In this document: in pieces, positions 46,319 to 56,808 of the stretch
How positions within the stretch are numbered: the stretch's first letter is position 1
Layout of the letters: each line of letters begins with the position of its first letter
NCBI GenBank assembly: GCA_051859245.1
Contig: JBHYGA010000005.1
Location: 96,001-160,000, forward strand
Direction: 5' to 3'
Origin: Gemmatimonadaceae bacterium
GTDB taxonomy: Bacteria > Gemmatimonadota > Gemmatimonadetes > Gemmatimonadales > Gemmatimonadaceae
DNA: 64,000 nt
Program-made: the position numbers and the translations under genes
Notes under the pieces: model-generated
The model's database searches: none
Told to the model about the DNA's origin: nothing
What the model saw: the letters and a program-made list of their open reading frames with translations, nothing else

Positions 46319-49300
46319 ATGATCGACTTTCGCAGCACGCGCGAAACCCGCGCATCGTCGTTCGACTACATCTCGGTACGCATCGCTTCTCCGGAAGAGA
46401 TTCGTGGCCCCAAAGATCCCAAGGAGCGCGAGCGGCTGGAGATGGCCGGCATGCGCACCTGGTGGTCGTGGGGTGAGGTCACCAAGCCCGAGACCATCAA
46501 CTACCGCTCATTCAAGCCTGAAAAAGACGGCTTGTTCTGCGAGCGCATTTTTGGTCCCGTCAAGGACTGGGAATGTCATTGCGGCAAGTACAAGCGCATC
46601 CGCTATCGCGGCGTCATCTGCGATCGTTGCGGCGTTGAAGTCACGCTGAGCAAGGTGCGTCGTGAGCGCATGGGCCATATCGAATTGGCCGTGCCGGTCG
46701 CGCACATCTGGTTCTTCAAAACGTTGCCGTCACCGATGGGCAACCTGCTTGATGTCACGCTCCGTGACCTCGAGAAGGTGATCTATTATTCCAACTACAT
46801 CGTCATCGATCCGGGCAATCAGGAGGTGCGTGAGCGCCAGTTGCTCGACGAAGACGAGTATCTCGATCTGCGCGCCAAGGCCAAGGCCGATGGTGATACC
46901 GGCTTTGTGGCCGATATCGGTGCGCCGGCGGTGCGTGAGCTGCTCAAGAAGCTCGACGTAGACAAAATCACGGAAGAGCTTCGCGCCGCCGTGATCACGG
47001 AAACGTCGCAGCATCGCAAGAAGCAGATGCTCAAGCGTCTCAAGATTGTGGATGCCTTCCGCACCAGCGGCGACGGCGGAGAAATTCGTAATCGTCCGGA
47101 GTGGATGATCCTCGACGTGATTCCGGTATTGCCGCCGGATCTGCGTCCGCTTGTGCCGCTTGATGGTGGACGTTTCGCCACGTCTGACCTCAACGATTTG
47201 TATCGTCGTGTCATCAACCGTAACAACCGTCTCGTCAAGCTGATCGCCCATCGTGCGCCGGAAGTCATTCTGCGCAACGAAAAGCGTATGCTGCAGGAAG
47301 CGGTCGACGCGTTGTTCGACAACGGTCGTCGATCCAAGGCCATTCGTGGTCGCGGCAAGCGTCCGCTCAAGTCGCTGTCCGATATGCTCAAGGGCAAGCA
47401 GGGCCGGTTCCGTCAGAACCTGCTCGGCAAGCGCGTGGACTACTCTGGCCGTTCGGTCATCGTTGTTGGTCCTGAGCTCAAGCTGCACCAGTGCGGTTTG
47501 CCCAAGATCATGGCGCTCGAACTCTTCAAGCCGTTCATCATCCACAAGCTCGTGGAGAACGGAATTGCGGAAACGGTAAAGCGCGCCAAGAAGATCGTGG
47601 AGCGTGAAAGCCCGCAGGTGTACGAAATTCTTGAAGACATCATCAAGGACCATCCGGTTCTGCTCAATCGCGCGCCCACGCTTCACCGCCTTGGTATCCA
47701 GGCGTTCGAGCCGGTGCTCGTTGAAGGCAAGGCTATCCGTATTCACCCACTCGTATGCGCGGCGTTCAACGCCGACTTCGACGGTGACCAGATGGCCGTG
47801 CACGTTCCGCTGTCGTTCGAAGCACAGATCGAAGCGCGCGTGCTCATGCTGTCATCAAACAACATTCTCAAGCCGTCCGACGGCCGCCCGGTGGCGGAGC
47901 CGTCACAGGACATCGTGCTCGGTTGTTACTTCGCGACCAAGCAGCCGGCTGGTTTTGATGCGTACGTGAAGGATCCGGTGGCGGCGGCGAAGTTGCCGGC
48001 GTACAACACCACGTCCGAACTCGAAATGCTGCTGGCGGGCAACCGTCTCACGCAGCACAACCCGATTCGCTGGTACCTGAAAGACGCTGTCGGTGGCCCG
48101 CGTTGGATCGTGACCACCGTTGGTCGTGTGTTGTTCAACGCGATCATGCCGGCGGGCATGGAGTTCTACAACAAGGACATGAAGAAGAAGGTCCTCGGCG
48201 AAATCGCCTTCGAGAGCTACCGCCAGTGCGGACTCGCGGAGACGGTGGCGTTCCTCGACCGCTTGAAGGAATTCGGCTTCCGCAACGCAACGCGCGGCGG
48301 TGTGTCGATTGGCATGGAAGACATGTACATCCCGGCCGAAAAGGCGGGCTTGCTGCGTGAAGCCGAACAGCGTGTGGATCGCTTCCAGCGTGCCTACGCC
48401 ACCGGTAACATCACGAACGGTGAGCGCTACAATAAGGTCATCGATACGTGGACGCACGCGAACACGGACATCGCCGACGCCATGGTCAAGGCCATGCGCG
48501 AATCACAGGGTGGTTTCAATCCTGTGTTCATGATGTTCGACTCGGGCGCTCGTGGTTCGCGCGACCAGATCCGTCAGTTGGCTGGTATGCGCGGCCTCAT
48601 GGCCAAGCCGCAGAAGAAACTCACCGGTGGTATTGGTGAAATCATTGAAAGCCCGATCAAATCGAACTTCCGTGAAGGTTTGTCGGTGCTTGAGTACTTC
48701 AGCTCCACACACGGAGCGCGTAAGGGTCTGGCCGACACGGCACTGAAAACGGCCGACGCCGGTTACCTCACGCGTCGTCTCGTAGACGTGGCGCAGGACA
48801 TGACGATTACGGAAGAGGATTGCGGTACGATCCTCGGCCTCGACATCGGCGCGTTGAAGGAAGGCGAAGATGTGATCGAGCCGCTCGCCGAGCGTTTGGT
48901 GGGCAACGTGGCCGCGGAAGACATTTACGATCCGATGGAGCGCGACGAAGCGGGACGTCCGCGGTTGCTCGCCGAATCGGGTACGCTGCTCGACGAAGAA
49001 ACCGCGCAGGCGATCGAAGATTCCGGTCTGGAAACGGCCCGTATTCGCTCGGTGCTTACGTGTGAAGCGAAGCGCGGTCTCTGCCGCATGTGCTACGGCC
49101 GCAACCTGGCCACCATGAAGATGGTGGACCTCGGTGAAGCGGTTGGCATCATCGCGGCGCAGTCCATTGGTGAGCCGGGCACGCAGCTTACACTGCGTAC
49201 CTTCCACATCGGTGGTACCGCGGCTCGTATTGCCGAACAGACGTCACGCAAAACCAAGAAGGCCGGCTTCATCGAGCTCGGCGATCGATTGGTCACGGTG

Positions 49301-50641
49301 GAAAACATCGAAGGCAATCGTATTGTCACCTCGTACGAAGGCGAGCTGCTCATCAAGGCGGCCAACGACAAGAACGCCGCTGTCGAAGCACGCCTCGCAG
49401 TACCGCTCGGCGCCATCCTCATGGTTGAAGATGGTCAGAAGGTGGAGAAGGAAGACGTGGTCTTTACGTGGGACCCGTACTCCAACCCCATCATCGCCGA
49501 TGTGGAAGGCGAGATTCGTTTCGTGGACCTTGTGGAAGACGAAACAGTGGCCGAAGAACTCGACGAACTGACCGGTTTGCGTCAGCGCGTTGTGATCGAA
49601 GACCGCGAAAAGAAGTTGCATCCGCACATCGAGATCTGGCAGAAGAAGAGCGGCAAGGAACAGCGTATCCGCGACTTCGTGATGCCAATCGGCGCCGTGC
49701 TGGTCATCGAAGACGGCGAGCAGATCAAGGCGGGTACGACCATCGCCAAGATCAGCCGCGAAGCCTACAAGACGCGCGACATCACCGGCGGTCTGCCGCG
49801 AGTTGCCGAGCTCTTTGAAGCCCGTCGTCCGAAGGATCCGGCCACGATTTCCGAAGTGGATGGTTTCGTGCGCTTTGGTGAAATCAAGCGTGGCAAGCGT
49901 GAGATCTTCGTGCGCCCGGCGCGCATTGAAGGTCCGGTGTGGACGGTAGACGATGCGCAGCCGGAGCAGTTGTACGACGTACCGGCTGGTAAGCACTTGC
50001 GTGTGCACGAGGGCGACCGCGTGCGCGCTGGTGATCGTCTGTCGGAAGGCCCGGTCAATCCGCATGACATCTTGCGCATCAAGGGCCCGCGTGCGGTACA
50101 GGAATATCTGCTCAACGAAGTGCAGGAGGTGTATCGCCTGCAGGGGGTGAAGATCAACGACAAGCACATTGGCGTGATCGTCAAGCAGATGTTGCAGAAG
50201 GTTCGCATTTTCGATCCGGGTCAGACGCCCATGCTCGAAGGCGAACATGTGGATCGCAGCACGTTCCGCGATGCCAACGAGGAGGCCAAGAAGGAGAAGC
50301 GTCAGCCCGCAACTGCGGAGCCGTTGCTGCTCGGTATTACCAAGGCGTCTCTCACCACGCAGTCGTTCGTGTCGGCGGCTTCCTTCCAGGAAACCACGCG
50401 CGTACTCACGGATGCCGCGATTCGCGGTTTGCGCGACGACTTGTTGGGTCTCAAGGAAAACATCATCATCGGCCATCTCATCCCGGCTGGTACGGGTATG
50501 TATCGTTACTCCGATGTGGATGTCGACAGCGAGGCGTTGCCAGAGCCGGAGCCGTTGCCGGCGCTGGAGCCCACGTTCGACCCGTTCATGCCGGGTGCAT
50601 TGCCGGAAGCGGCGGTGTTCTCGTTGGGCGGCGACGAGTAA
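46319..50641 (+). CDS. rpoC: RNA polymerase beta' subunit
   Basis: NADFDGD, zinc-finger cysteines, [20 protein letters not shown]. Confidence 0.99.
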   Translation: MIDFRSTRETRASSFDYISVRIASPEEIRGPKDPKERERLEMAGMRTWWSWGEVTKPETINYRSFKPEKDGLFCERIFGPVKDWECHCGKYKRIRYRGVICDRCGVEVTLSKVRRERMGHIELAVPVAHIWFFKTLPSPMGNLLDVTLRDLEKVIYYSNYIVIDPGNQEVRERQLLDEDEYLDLRAKAKADGDTGFVADIGAPAVRELLKKLDVDKITEELRAAVITETSQHRKKQMLKRLKIVDAFRTSGDGGEIRNRPEWMILDVIPVLPPDLRPLVPLDGGRFATSDLNDLYRRVINRNNRLVKLIAHRAPEVILRNEKRMLQEAVDALFDNGRRSKAIRGRGKRPLKSLSDMLKGKQGRFRQNLLGKRVDYSGRSVIVVGPELKLHQCGLPKIMALELFKPFIIHKLVENGIAETVKRAKKIVERESPQVYEILEDIIKDHPVLLNRAPTLHRLGIQAFEPVLVEGKAIRIHPLVCAAFNADFDGDQMAVHVPLSFEAQIEARVLMLSSNNILKPSDGRPVAEPSQDIVLGCYFATKQPAGFDAYVKDPVAAAKLPAYNTTSELEMLLAGNRLTQHNPIRWYLKDAVGGPRWIVTTVGRVLFNAIMPAGMEFYNKDMKKKVLGEIAFESYRQCGLAETVAFLDRLKEFGFRNATRGGVSIGMEDMYIPAEKAGLLREAEQRVDRFQRAYATGNITNGERYNKVIDTWTHANTDIADAMVKAMRESQGGFNPVFMMFDSGARGSRDQIRQLAGMRGLMAKPQKKLTGGIGEIIESPIKSNFREGLSVLEYFSSTHGARKGLADTALKTADAGYLTRRLVDVAQDMTITEEDCGTILGLDIGALKEGEDVIEPLAERLVGNVAAEDIYDPMERDEAGRPRLLAESGTLLDEETAQAIEDSGLETARIRSVLTCEAKRGLCRMCYGRNLATMKMVDLGEAVGIIAAQSIGEPGTQLTLRTFHIGGTAARIAEQTSRKTKKAGFIELGDRLVTVENIEGNRIVTSYEGELLIKAANDKNAAVEARLAVPLGAILMVEDGQKVEKEDVVFTWDPYSNPIIADVEGEIRFVDLVEDETVAEELDELTGLRQRVVIEDREKKLHPHIEIWQKKSGKEQRIRDFVMPIGAVLVIEDGEQIKAGTTIAKISREAYKTRDITGGLPRVAELFEARRPKDPATISEVDGFVRFGEIKRGKREIFVRPARIEGPVWTVDDAQPEQLYDVPAGKHLRVHEGDRVRAGDRLSEGPVNPHDILRIKGPRAVQEYLLNEVQEVYRLQGVKINDKHIGVIVKQMLQKVRIFDPGQTPMLEGEHVDRSTFRDANEEAKKEKRQPATAEPLLLGITKASLTTQSFVSAASFQETTRVLTDAAIRGLRDDLLGLKENIIIGHLIPAGTGMYRYSDVDVDSEALPEPEPLPALEPTFDPFMPGALPEAAVFSLGGDE

Positions 50642-50664
50642 TCGCGTCAGCAGTTCTGTTTTCA

Positions 50665-50706
50665 GCGGGCCCGAGCGACGAAAGTTGCTCGGGCCCGTTT
50701 GTTTTT
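50665..50706 (+). terminator. intrinsic terminator after rpoC
   Basis: gcgggcccgagcgac-gaaa-gttgctcgggcccgt followed by a T-rich tract. Confidence 0.88.
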
Positions 50707-50732
50707 CCCTCCATCAGTTTTCCGTTGCAGTT

Positions 50733-50867
50733 TTCGTGTCCTTCGTGCTTTCGTGTCCTTCCCGCCGCAGTTCCCTCGCTGACCGGAGCATTTACGCTTC
50801 AAAGCGAGATGCTCCTAGTGCTGGGGGAACTGCGGCGGGAAGGACACGAAAGCACGAAAGACACGAA
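50733..50867. repeat. long inverted repeat (43-bp arms) with (G)CACGAAA submotifs
   Basis: Arms 50733-50775 and 50825-50867 are complementary with one mismatch; an inner stem is also present. Confidence 0.85.
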
Positions 50868-50955
50868 GAAGAGCAACAGATTCTTGGAATGAAATGCAAC
50901 AGCGGGCGCGCACGTTGCTTGACTGTGCAGGCGGATAGGGCGCACGTTTGGGAGC

Positions 50956-52422
50956 GTGCGGATACTGCTGATTGTTCTTGGGCTTGTGATCGCGGGTGCG
51001 CTGGTGGCGTACGCGTTGCGCGCGACGTTCCGGCGTATGGGGCGTCGGGCGCTGCTTCGGTTTCGGGCGCGCGTTGATCGGTACAAGTTTGCGGATAAGC
51101 AGCACACCATGCAGGCGGTGCTCGCGCAGCCGGAGATCGTGGCGGCGGTGCAGCAGCACGCGCGTGATGTAGGCGAGAGTGAGGAGCAATCGTGGCGTCG
51201 GGTGCGGCGGTACCTCGATGAGATTGTGCCGCAGTTCAACGTGCTCGCGTACTACCGGTTTGGGTACACGATTGCCAACGCGGTGCTGCGACTTTTCTGG
51301 AAGTTGTCCGTGCATTCGGCCACGCCTGGTGCAGTGCAGCGACTGCGGAAAGACGCCATCGTCGTGTACCTCATCAACCATCGATCCAATGCGGACTATT
51401 TGCTCGTCGCGTGGGCGTTGGCGGGCAGTGTGTCGATTTCGTACGCGGTGGGCGAGTGGGCACGTGCGTTTCCGCTGGAGTTTTTGTTCAAGCGGTTTGG
51501 GTCGTATTTCATTCGGCGCGGATACCGCGAAACGTTGTATCACACGGTGCTTGAGCAGTACGTGCAGCACATTACGCAGCGCGGCGTCACGCAGGGGATT
51601 TTTCCGGAGGGTGGCCTCACGCGCGATGGTCGATTGCGACCGGGAAAAGTCGGGCTGCTCGACTATCTGCTTGGTGTGGCGCGCGAGCCGGAGTATCGCG
51701 ATCGATTGTATCTCGTGCCTGTGGCGCTCAACTACGATCGTGTGCTTGAGGATCGCACGCTGCTGCGCGAGTTACACGTGCGCGAGGGCGGGGAGCGACC
51801 GTCTCGTTTGCTGCAGTTGAGTGAAGTGGTGCGCTATGCGGGCTGGAATGTGCTGCGTGTGCTCACCGGGCGGTTCCGTCGGTACGGTCGAGCGGCGGTG
51901 ATTGTGGGTGATCCCGTGCCAATGGCGCCGTGGTTTGCTGCCGAAGATGCACGCGCCGGTGGTTCGCTGTTCGATCTGCCGAGAGAACAGCGGCTTGGTC
52001 GCATTCAATCGGTGTGTGACGACATGCTCCAGCGCATTGGGGCGATTATTCCCGTTACGCCGGTACCGCTTGCGTGCGCGGCGATTCAGAGTTTTGACAG
52101 CGATGTGATCACGCGTGCGCAGTTGCTTGCGCGTATGTCGGAGATGCGTGAAGTGCTGGTGGAGCTGAACGGGCGGGAGTTACGGAGCGATCGGGATATC
52201 GGCGAGACGTTCGATATCGCGTACCGCATGTTGCGCATGCGACATGTGCTCACGCGGCATGGTGACACGTATGTGGTGCTCGGCCGCGGGCGGGAGTTGG
52301 TGAGTTATTACGCCAACTCGATTGCGCATTTGCTCGGGGCGTACGAGGCCAGCGTGAGAGCGCGGGATGCGTTGCCGGCGATGGCGGCGGTGGGGGAGAT
52401 GCGGAGCGTATCGCGGGCGTAG
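50956..52422 (+). CDS. glycerol-3-phosphate/lysophospholipid acyltransferase (PlsB/PlsC family)
   Basis: NHRSNAD (HX4D), FIRR, FPEGGLTRDG, PV..NYD. Confidence 0.85.
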   Translation: MRILLIVLGLVIAGALVAYALRATFRRMGRRALLRFRARVDRYKFADKQHTMQAVLAQPEIVAAVQQHARDVGESEEQSWRRVRRYLDEIVPQFNVLAYYRFGYTIANAVLRLFWKLSVHSATPGAVQRLRKDAIVVYLINHRSNADYLLVAWALAGSVSISYAVGEWARAFPLEFLFKRFGSYFIRRGYRETLYHTVLEQYVQHITQRGVTQGIFPEGGLTRDGRLRPGKVGLLDYLLGVAREPEYRDRLYLVPVALNYDRVLEDRTLLRELHVREGGERPSRLLQLSEVVRYAGWNVLRVLTGRFRRYGRAAVIVGDPVPMAPWFAAEDARAGGSLFDLPREQRLGRIQSVCDDMLQRIGAIIPVTPVPLACAAIQSFDSDVITRAQLLARMSEMREVLVELNGRELRSDRDIGETFDIAYRMLRMRHVLTRHGDTYVVLGRGRELVSYYANSIAHLLGAYEASVRARDALPAMAAVGEMRSVSRA

Positions 52423-52442
52423 TTGCGGGAGCTGGCATCGGA

Positions 52443-52595
52443 AACTGCTTGGAACGCAGAGACGCAGAGACGCAGAGACTGGACGCCACTGTAGGCGTTG
52501 CATCATTCAAAAGAATGAAAATGTGTGGGTCTCGATACCATCCTGGTCGCGGCAGGCAGTCTCTGCGCCTCTGCGTCTCTGTGTTCCAAGCAGTT
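52443..52595. repeat. inverted repeat (39-bp arms) with tandem CGCAGAGA
   Basis: Arms 52443-52481 and 52557-52595, two mismatches; partial copy near 10604-10640. Confidence 0.85.
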
Positions 52596-52652
52596 GTGGA
52601 TGTCAGTCGCTCGACGCCCGCAGCGGACTTGCACCAACGCCGCCCGCGTCAG

Positions 52653-54602
52653 CTACGGCCGCGGTTCGCGCTGAAACGAGGACGGCCGATTGCCCGTCTC
52701 ACGCCGCAGCGAATCAAGCCGCGCCCGCACCCAACTCGATGCCGGTGACAACGCGCTATTCGCCTGCGACATCGGTACCACAAACTCCTTGGCCTTGGTA
52801 CCTTCGCCGCCCTGCACATCGGTGATCACACTCACCACGTGCAGGCTGTCACCGCGTTCGAAGTAGATACCGGACAACACATAGTTCGCGCGCAACGCAA
52901 AGCCCGCCGCCGTGGGATTCGGCAGTCGGTTGCCAAACGCTTTTTGCGCCGCTGATGCTGATACGATCTCAAGACGACGCGAACCCTGCAGTGACGTCTC
53001 GACGCTCTGCAGCAAACTCGCGCCGAAACTGTCGTACGTGCTATCGCGCGTTCCGTTGCGATACGGCAGCAACGCAATTCGACGTGTACCGGGATCAGGC
53101 GGTGCCATCAAAGGCACGATGGACGACACGGAAACGTTGGTGCGTGATCCGCCTACACGCACCGAGTCGTTCACTCCCAGCGGAGCGCGCGTACCCGGCG
53201 GCCGCGGTGGTTCGCGAAACTCGAATCGCATATTGCCAACGCCGGACATCGCGAGTGATTCGGCCGCGAGTGCACGCGCGGTGGATTGCAGGACCAGCGT
53301 TTGCAACGCTTGCTGACGCGGCGAGTTCGCGAGCGCTGCTTCCATGCGCGAGATCGCGCGCTCCATGGAATCGGCAAAGATCTTTGAGACTTCGGCGATC
53401 AGCGAATCGCGATCAATAGCGTCGCTGTTCGACGTGGCTGAACCGCCAGCCCCGGTATCGCGACCGCGCAGCGTCTGGGCAATCGCAATCGATTCGGCCG
53501 GTGTAATTCCGAGCGGCATACTGATGCCCGCCGGTCTGTCTCCACCAACCGGCAGGTCGCGGTACACCACCACCGTCTCGGCGGCTGCGGCCGCGACACC
53601 ATTCGTGGAATCGCGCGTTGCCGAGGCCAGCGTTGTTGGGTCTGCTGTTGGTCGCAGCATGGTGTACGCGACCGTGCCAACCACAAGTAGCAGCGCGACA
53701 GCCAGCAATCCACGCGATGACCGCGAGGCGGAAGCACCGGCAACTTCACCGCTTACGTTCATGCTCACTGCGTCGATTTTCTCGAGTAACATCGACGCCG
53801 TCTCGGGCCGCTTGTTCGCGTCCTTTTCCAGACACTGCATGATCACAGCCGACAACGACGCCGGAATATCAGGCTGCGTGATATGCGGCGCGGTTGGACG
53901 TACGGTGAGCTGCGCGGCGAGCGTGGCTTGTGGCGACGTGCCGGAGAACGGCGCCGTACCCGTCAACAGTTCATACGCCAGCAATCCAATCGCGTATAAA
54001 TCGACGCGATGATCAGCCGCTGGATCCGCCGCCAACTGTTCCGGCGCCATGTACGCGGGCGTACCAATTGCCATACCGCTGGTGGTGTGCCCGGCAATTG
54101 GAATCGCCGCGCTCAACGCTTTCGCCACGCCAAAGTCGGTGACCACGGCGTGCGAACCACTCATCAGGATGTTGCCCGGCTTGATATCCCGGTGCACGAC
54201 ACCACGGCTGTGCGCGTAGGCGAGGGCGTCCACCACGTTGTGCAAAATGCGCAGCACTTCACGCACGGGCAGCTTGCCGCGCTTGTCGAGCGTCACACGC
54301 AGTGATTCACCTTCAATGAACGGCATGGTGAACCACAACAGATCGTCGCGTTCACCGGCGGTGAGCAGCGGCACCACGTGCGGATGCTGCAACTGCGCGG
54401 CGAGCTGAATCTCGCGCCGAAAGCGTTCCTTGTTCACGCCGGCGGCAAGATCGGGCGGCAAGACTTTTACCACCACACGTCGGCCGAGTGCGCGTTCGGT
54501 GGCCACGAACACGCGCGACATGCCGCCGCCACCGAGCTCACGCTCGAGGTTGTATTCAGGCCCCAAGGCCTCGCGAAGTCGGATAGCGAGCGTGTCAGTC
54601 AC
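52653..54602 (-). CDS. Hanks-type Ser/Thr kinase with TM and C-terminal TolB-N-like domain
   Basis: GGGGMSRV, HRDIKPGN, DFG, GTPAYMAPE, central TM helix. Confidence 0.92.
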   Translation of the reverse strand: MTDTLAIRLREALGPEYNLERELGGGGMSRVFVATERALGRRVVVKVLPPDLAAGVNKERFRREIQLAAQLQHPHVVPLLTAGERDDLLWFTMPFIEGESLRVTLDKRGKLPVREVLRILHNVVDALAYAHSRGVVHRDIKPGNILMSGSHAVVTDFGVAKALSAAIPIAGHTTSGMAIGTPAYMAPEQLAADPAADHRVDLYAIGLLAYELLTGTAPFSGTSPQATLAAQLTVRPTAPHITQPDIPASLSAVIMQCLEKDANKRPETASMLLEKIDAVSMNVSGEVAGASASRSSRGLLAVALLLVVGTVAYTMLRPTADPTTLASATRDSTNGVAAAAAETVVVYRDLPVGGDRPAGISMPLGITPAESIAIAQTLRGRDTGAGGSATSNSDAIDRDSLIAEVSKIFADSMERAISRMEAALANSPRQQALQTLVLQSTARALAAESLAMSGVGNMRFEFREPPRPPGTRAPLGVNDSVRVGGSRTNVSVSSIVPLMAPPDPGTRRIALLPYRNGTRDSTYDSFGASLLQSVETSLQGSRRLEIVSASAAQKAFGNRLPNPTAAGFALRANYVLSGIYFERGDSLHVVSVITDVQGGEGTKAKEFVVPMSQANSALSPASSWVRARLDSLRRETGNRPSSFQREPRP

Positions 54603-54793
54603 AGGATGTGGGAGAGTCTACCAGAACATACGTTCGCCACCATGGCGACGTTACGGCAGGCCGACGAATTCAGCAGTAATGGAGCGCAAGGTGTCGTGCA
54701 TTGATGGCCGGGCACCCGCGCCGTCATTGGCGTGGGGACCTTCCGGGTCGTAACATCGTACTATCTGTCTGACAGCGTGACAGCCCTCACAAG

Positions 54794-55378
54794 ATGCCAA
54801 GGGAGTTCGAAATGCGCATGGTATGGACACTGGCCGCAGCGGCAACGTTGACCGGCTGTGCAAGCGGTGCTGGCGCGCCAGAGCCTGAGCTCGGGCCGAG
54901 CAGCCGCGTGACCACACAGACGGTACAGGGCCTCGCGGGCGGTTCTACCGTCGCGATGGTTAACAACGCCAGTGCGGTCGGGAGCACGGTTGATGGCAGT
55001 GTGGACGTGACCTGGTCGGCATTGCAGTCAGCGTACGCCTCGCTGGAAATCCCGCTCAGTATGCGCGACAACGCCAAGAAGTCGCTCGGCAACACCGCCT
55101 TCCGCACGCGTCGCCGCGTGGGGTCTGTTCCCATGATCCGAGCCGTGGACTGTGGTGGTGAGAGCGGCATGCCGAATGCCGAGACGTACGACATTACCCT
55201 CGAAATCACGTCACTGGTCACGCCTACGCCGGACGGTCGCTCGCGTCTACAAACGCTGGTGCAGGGCTCGGCGCGTCGTCCTTCGGGTGGCAATGTGACC
55301 GAGGTGCGCTGCACGTCACTTGGCGGCCTGGAGAACAAGATCTCCGAAATGGTCGAAAAGATCGTCGCCGGTAAATAG
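54794..55378 (+). CDS. hypothetical lipoprotein
   Basis: Lipobox LTGC; DCG and CTSLG motifs. Confidence 0.65.
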   Translation: MPREFEMRMVWTLAAAATLTGCASGAGAPEPELGPSSRVTTQTVQGLAGGSTVAMVNNASAVGSTVDGSVDVTWSALQSAYASLEIPLSMRDNAKKSLGNTAFRTRRRVGSVPMIRAVDCGGESGMPNAETYDITLEITSLVTPTPDGRSRLQTLVQGSARRPSGGNVTEVRCTSLGGLENKISEMVEKIVAGK

Positions 55379-55575
55379 CCGCCCGGGTCGCGGTGGCGGT
55401 TGACCCGGAACCCTGAGCTGTATAAGCTTAGGGTTCTGTTCCGTGCCGCCCGTCAGGAGCGGTCGCCTTTGTGCGGCCGCACCACTGGTCCCGGGGTCCC
55501 CGACGCCCGATGCACCCGACGCGCGATCCACGTAGAGGTCGGAGTTCGAACACATAACGCAGGTGTTTTCGGCGA

Positions 55576-55980
55576 ATGCCAACGATTAACCAGCTCGTCC
55601 GCAAGGCGCGCAAGGACGTCAAGCGCACTGACAAGGCGCCGGCCCTCAAGGCCAATCCGTTCAAGCGTGGCGTCTGTACGCGTGTGTACACCACCACGCC
55701 CAAGAAGCCCAACTCGGCGCTTCGCAAAGTCGCCCGTGTGCGCCTTACCAACCAGTTTGAAGTCACCGCCTACATCCCGGGTGAAGGACACAACCTGCAG
55801 GAGCATTCGATTGTGCTCGTGCGCGGTGGTCGTGTGAAGGACCTTCCGGGTGTGCGCTACCACATCGTGCGCGGCTCCCTCGACGCATCGGGCGTCAACG
55901 GTCGTAACCAGAGCCGCTCCAAGTACGGGACCAAGCGTCCAAAGCCCGGCCAGCCCGCGGCAGGAGCTAAGAAGAAGTGA
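55576..55980 (+). CDS. rpsL: 30S ribosomal protein S12
   Basis: [34 protein letters not shown]. Confidence 0.99.
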   Translation: MPTINQLVRKARKDVKRTDKAPALKANPFKRGVCTRVYTTTPKKPNSALRKVARVRLTNQFEVTAYIPGEGHNLQEHSIVLVRGGRVKDLPGVRYHIVRGSLDASGVNGRNQSRSKYGTKRPKPGQPAAGAKKK

Positions 55981-56447
55981 GCCGCCGCAAAAGTTCAGTC
56001 AAGCGCGTGATTCTGCCCGACGCACGCTACGATAGCCAGACCGTCAGCAAGTTCATCAACTCGCTGATGCAGGACGGCAAGAAGTCCACCGCCGAAGGCA
56101 TTTTCTACAAGGCCATGGACACGGTCGAGAACAAGACCAGCCAGCCCGGCGTCACCGTTTTCAAGCAGGCACTCAACAACCTCAAGCCGGTTGTCGAAGT
56201 GAAGAGCCGCCGCGTTGGTGGTGCCACGTACCAGGTGCCCGTCGAAGTCCGTCAGGATCGTCGTACGGCCCTCGCGATGCGTTGGCTCATCAGCTACTCG
56301 CGCGACCGTAACGAAAAGTCGATGGACGAGAAGCTGGCCGCCGAAGTGCTCGCCGCCGCGCGTGGTGAAGGCAACGCCATCAAGAAGAAGGAAGACACGC
56401 ACCGCATGGCCGAAGCCAACAAGGCCTTCGCGCACTATCGCTGGTAA
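55977..56447 (+). CDS. rpsG: 30S ribosomal protein S7
   Basis: [27 protein letters not shown]. Confidence 0.99.
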   Translation: MSRRKSSVKRVILPDARYDSQTVSKFINSLMQDGKKSTAEGIFYKAMDTVENKTSQPGVTVFKQALNNLKPVVEVKSRRVGGATYQVPVEVRQDRRTALAMRWLISYSRDRNEKSMDEKLAAEVLAAARGEGNAIKKKEDTHRMAEANKAFAHYRW

Positions 56448-56465
56448 GCAGTTTTCCGCTCGATC

Positions 56466-56501
56466 AAACGCGCCCCGGTCCACTGGATCGGGGCGCGTTT
56501 T
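56466..56501 (+). terminator. intrinsic terminator after rpsG
   Basis: aaacgcgccccggtcc-act-ggatcggggcgcgtttt. Confidence 0.85.
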
Positions 56502-56696
56502 GCATTCGTGCCACAAGCCATCGGGCGGCGGAACAACGGGTCGCGATTGCTCAGTTCGGACCAGCCGCGTGACGAAAGCGACACCCAGCGTGTGCTTCCG
56601 TGACCGCGGAAAAATGACCTCGTCTGCTCTCTGAGCACCACGTTTTCATCACTCGCGCTGCGGCTGCGCAACCGCCCCACAGGGCACGCGCACCGC

Positions 56697-56793
56697 GGTC
56701 ACGACAACGGCAAACCCGTCGAAAGGCGGGGACGCAAAGCCACGAGGCTACCGCACGCTCCGCGTGCCACGCCAGTCGGGTTACCGAACGACC
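56697..56793 (+). ncRNA. cyclic di-GMP-I (GEMM-I) riboswitch
   Basis: GGCAAA-CCCGTC-GAAA-GGCGGG-GACGCAAAGCC...P3...GGTTACCG, matching the Vc2 aptamer layout. Confidence 0.9.
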
Positions 56794-56808
56794 CCGAGGT
56801 CTGCGCGC

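Noticed and set aside
50733..52595. CRISPR array suggested by short repeated motifs
   Set aside because: The repeats are inverted arms and adjacent tandem octamers, without regular unique spacers; no cas genes.
55576..55980. Streptomycin-resistance substitutions in rpsL
   Set aside because: PKKPNS and RVKDLPG lysines are intact.
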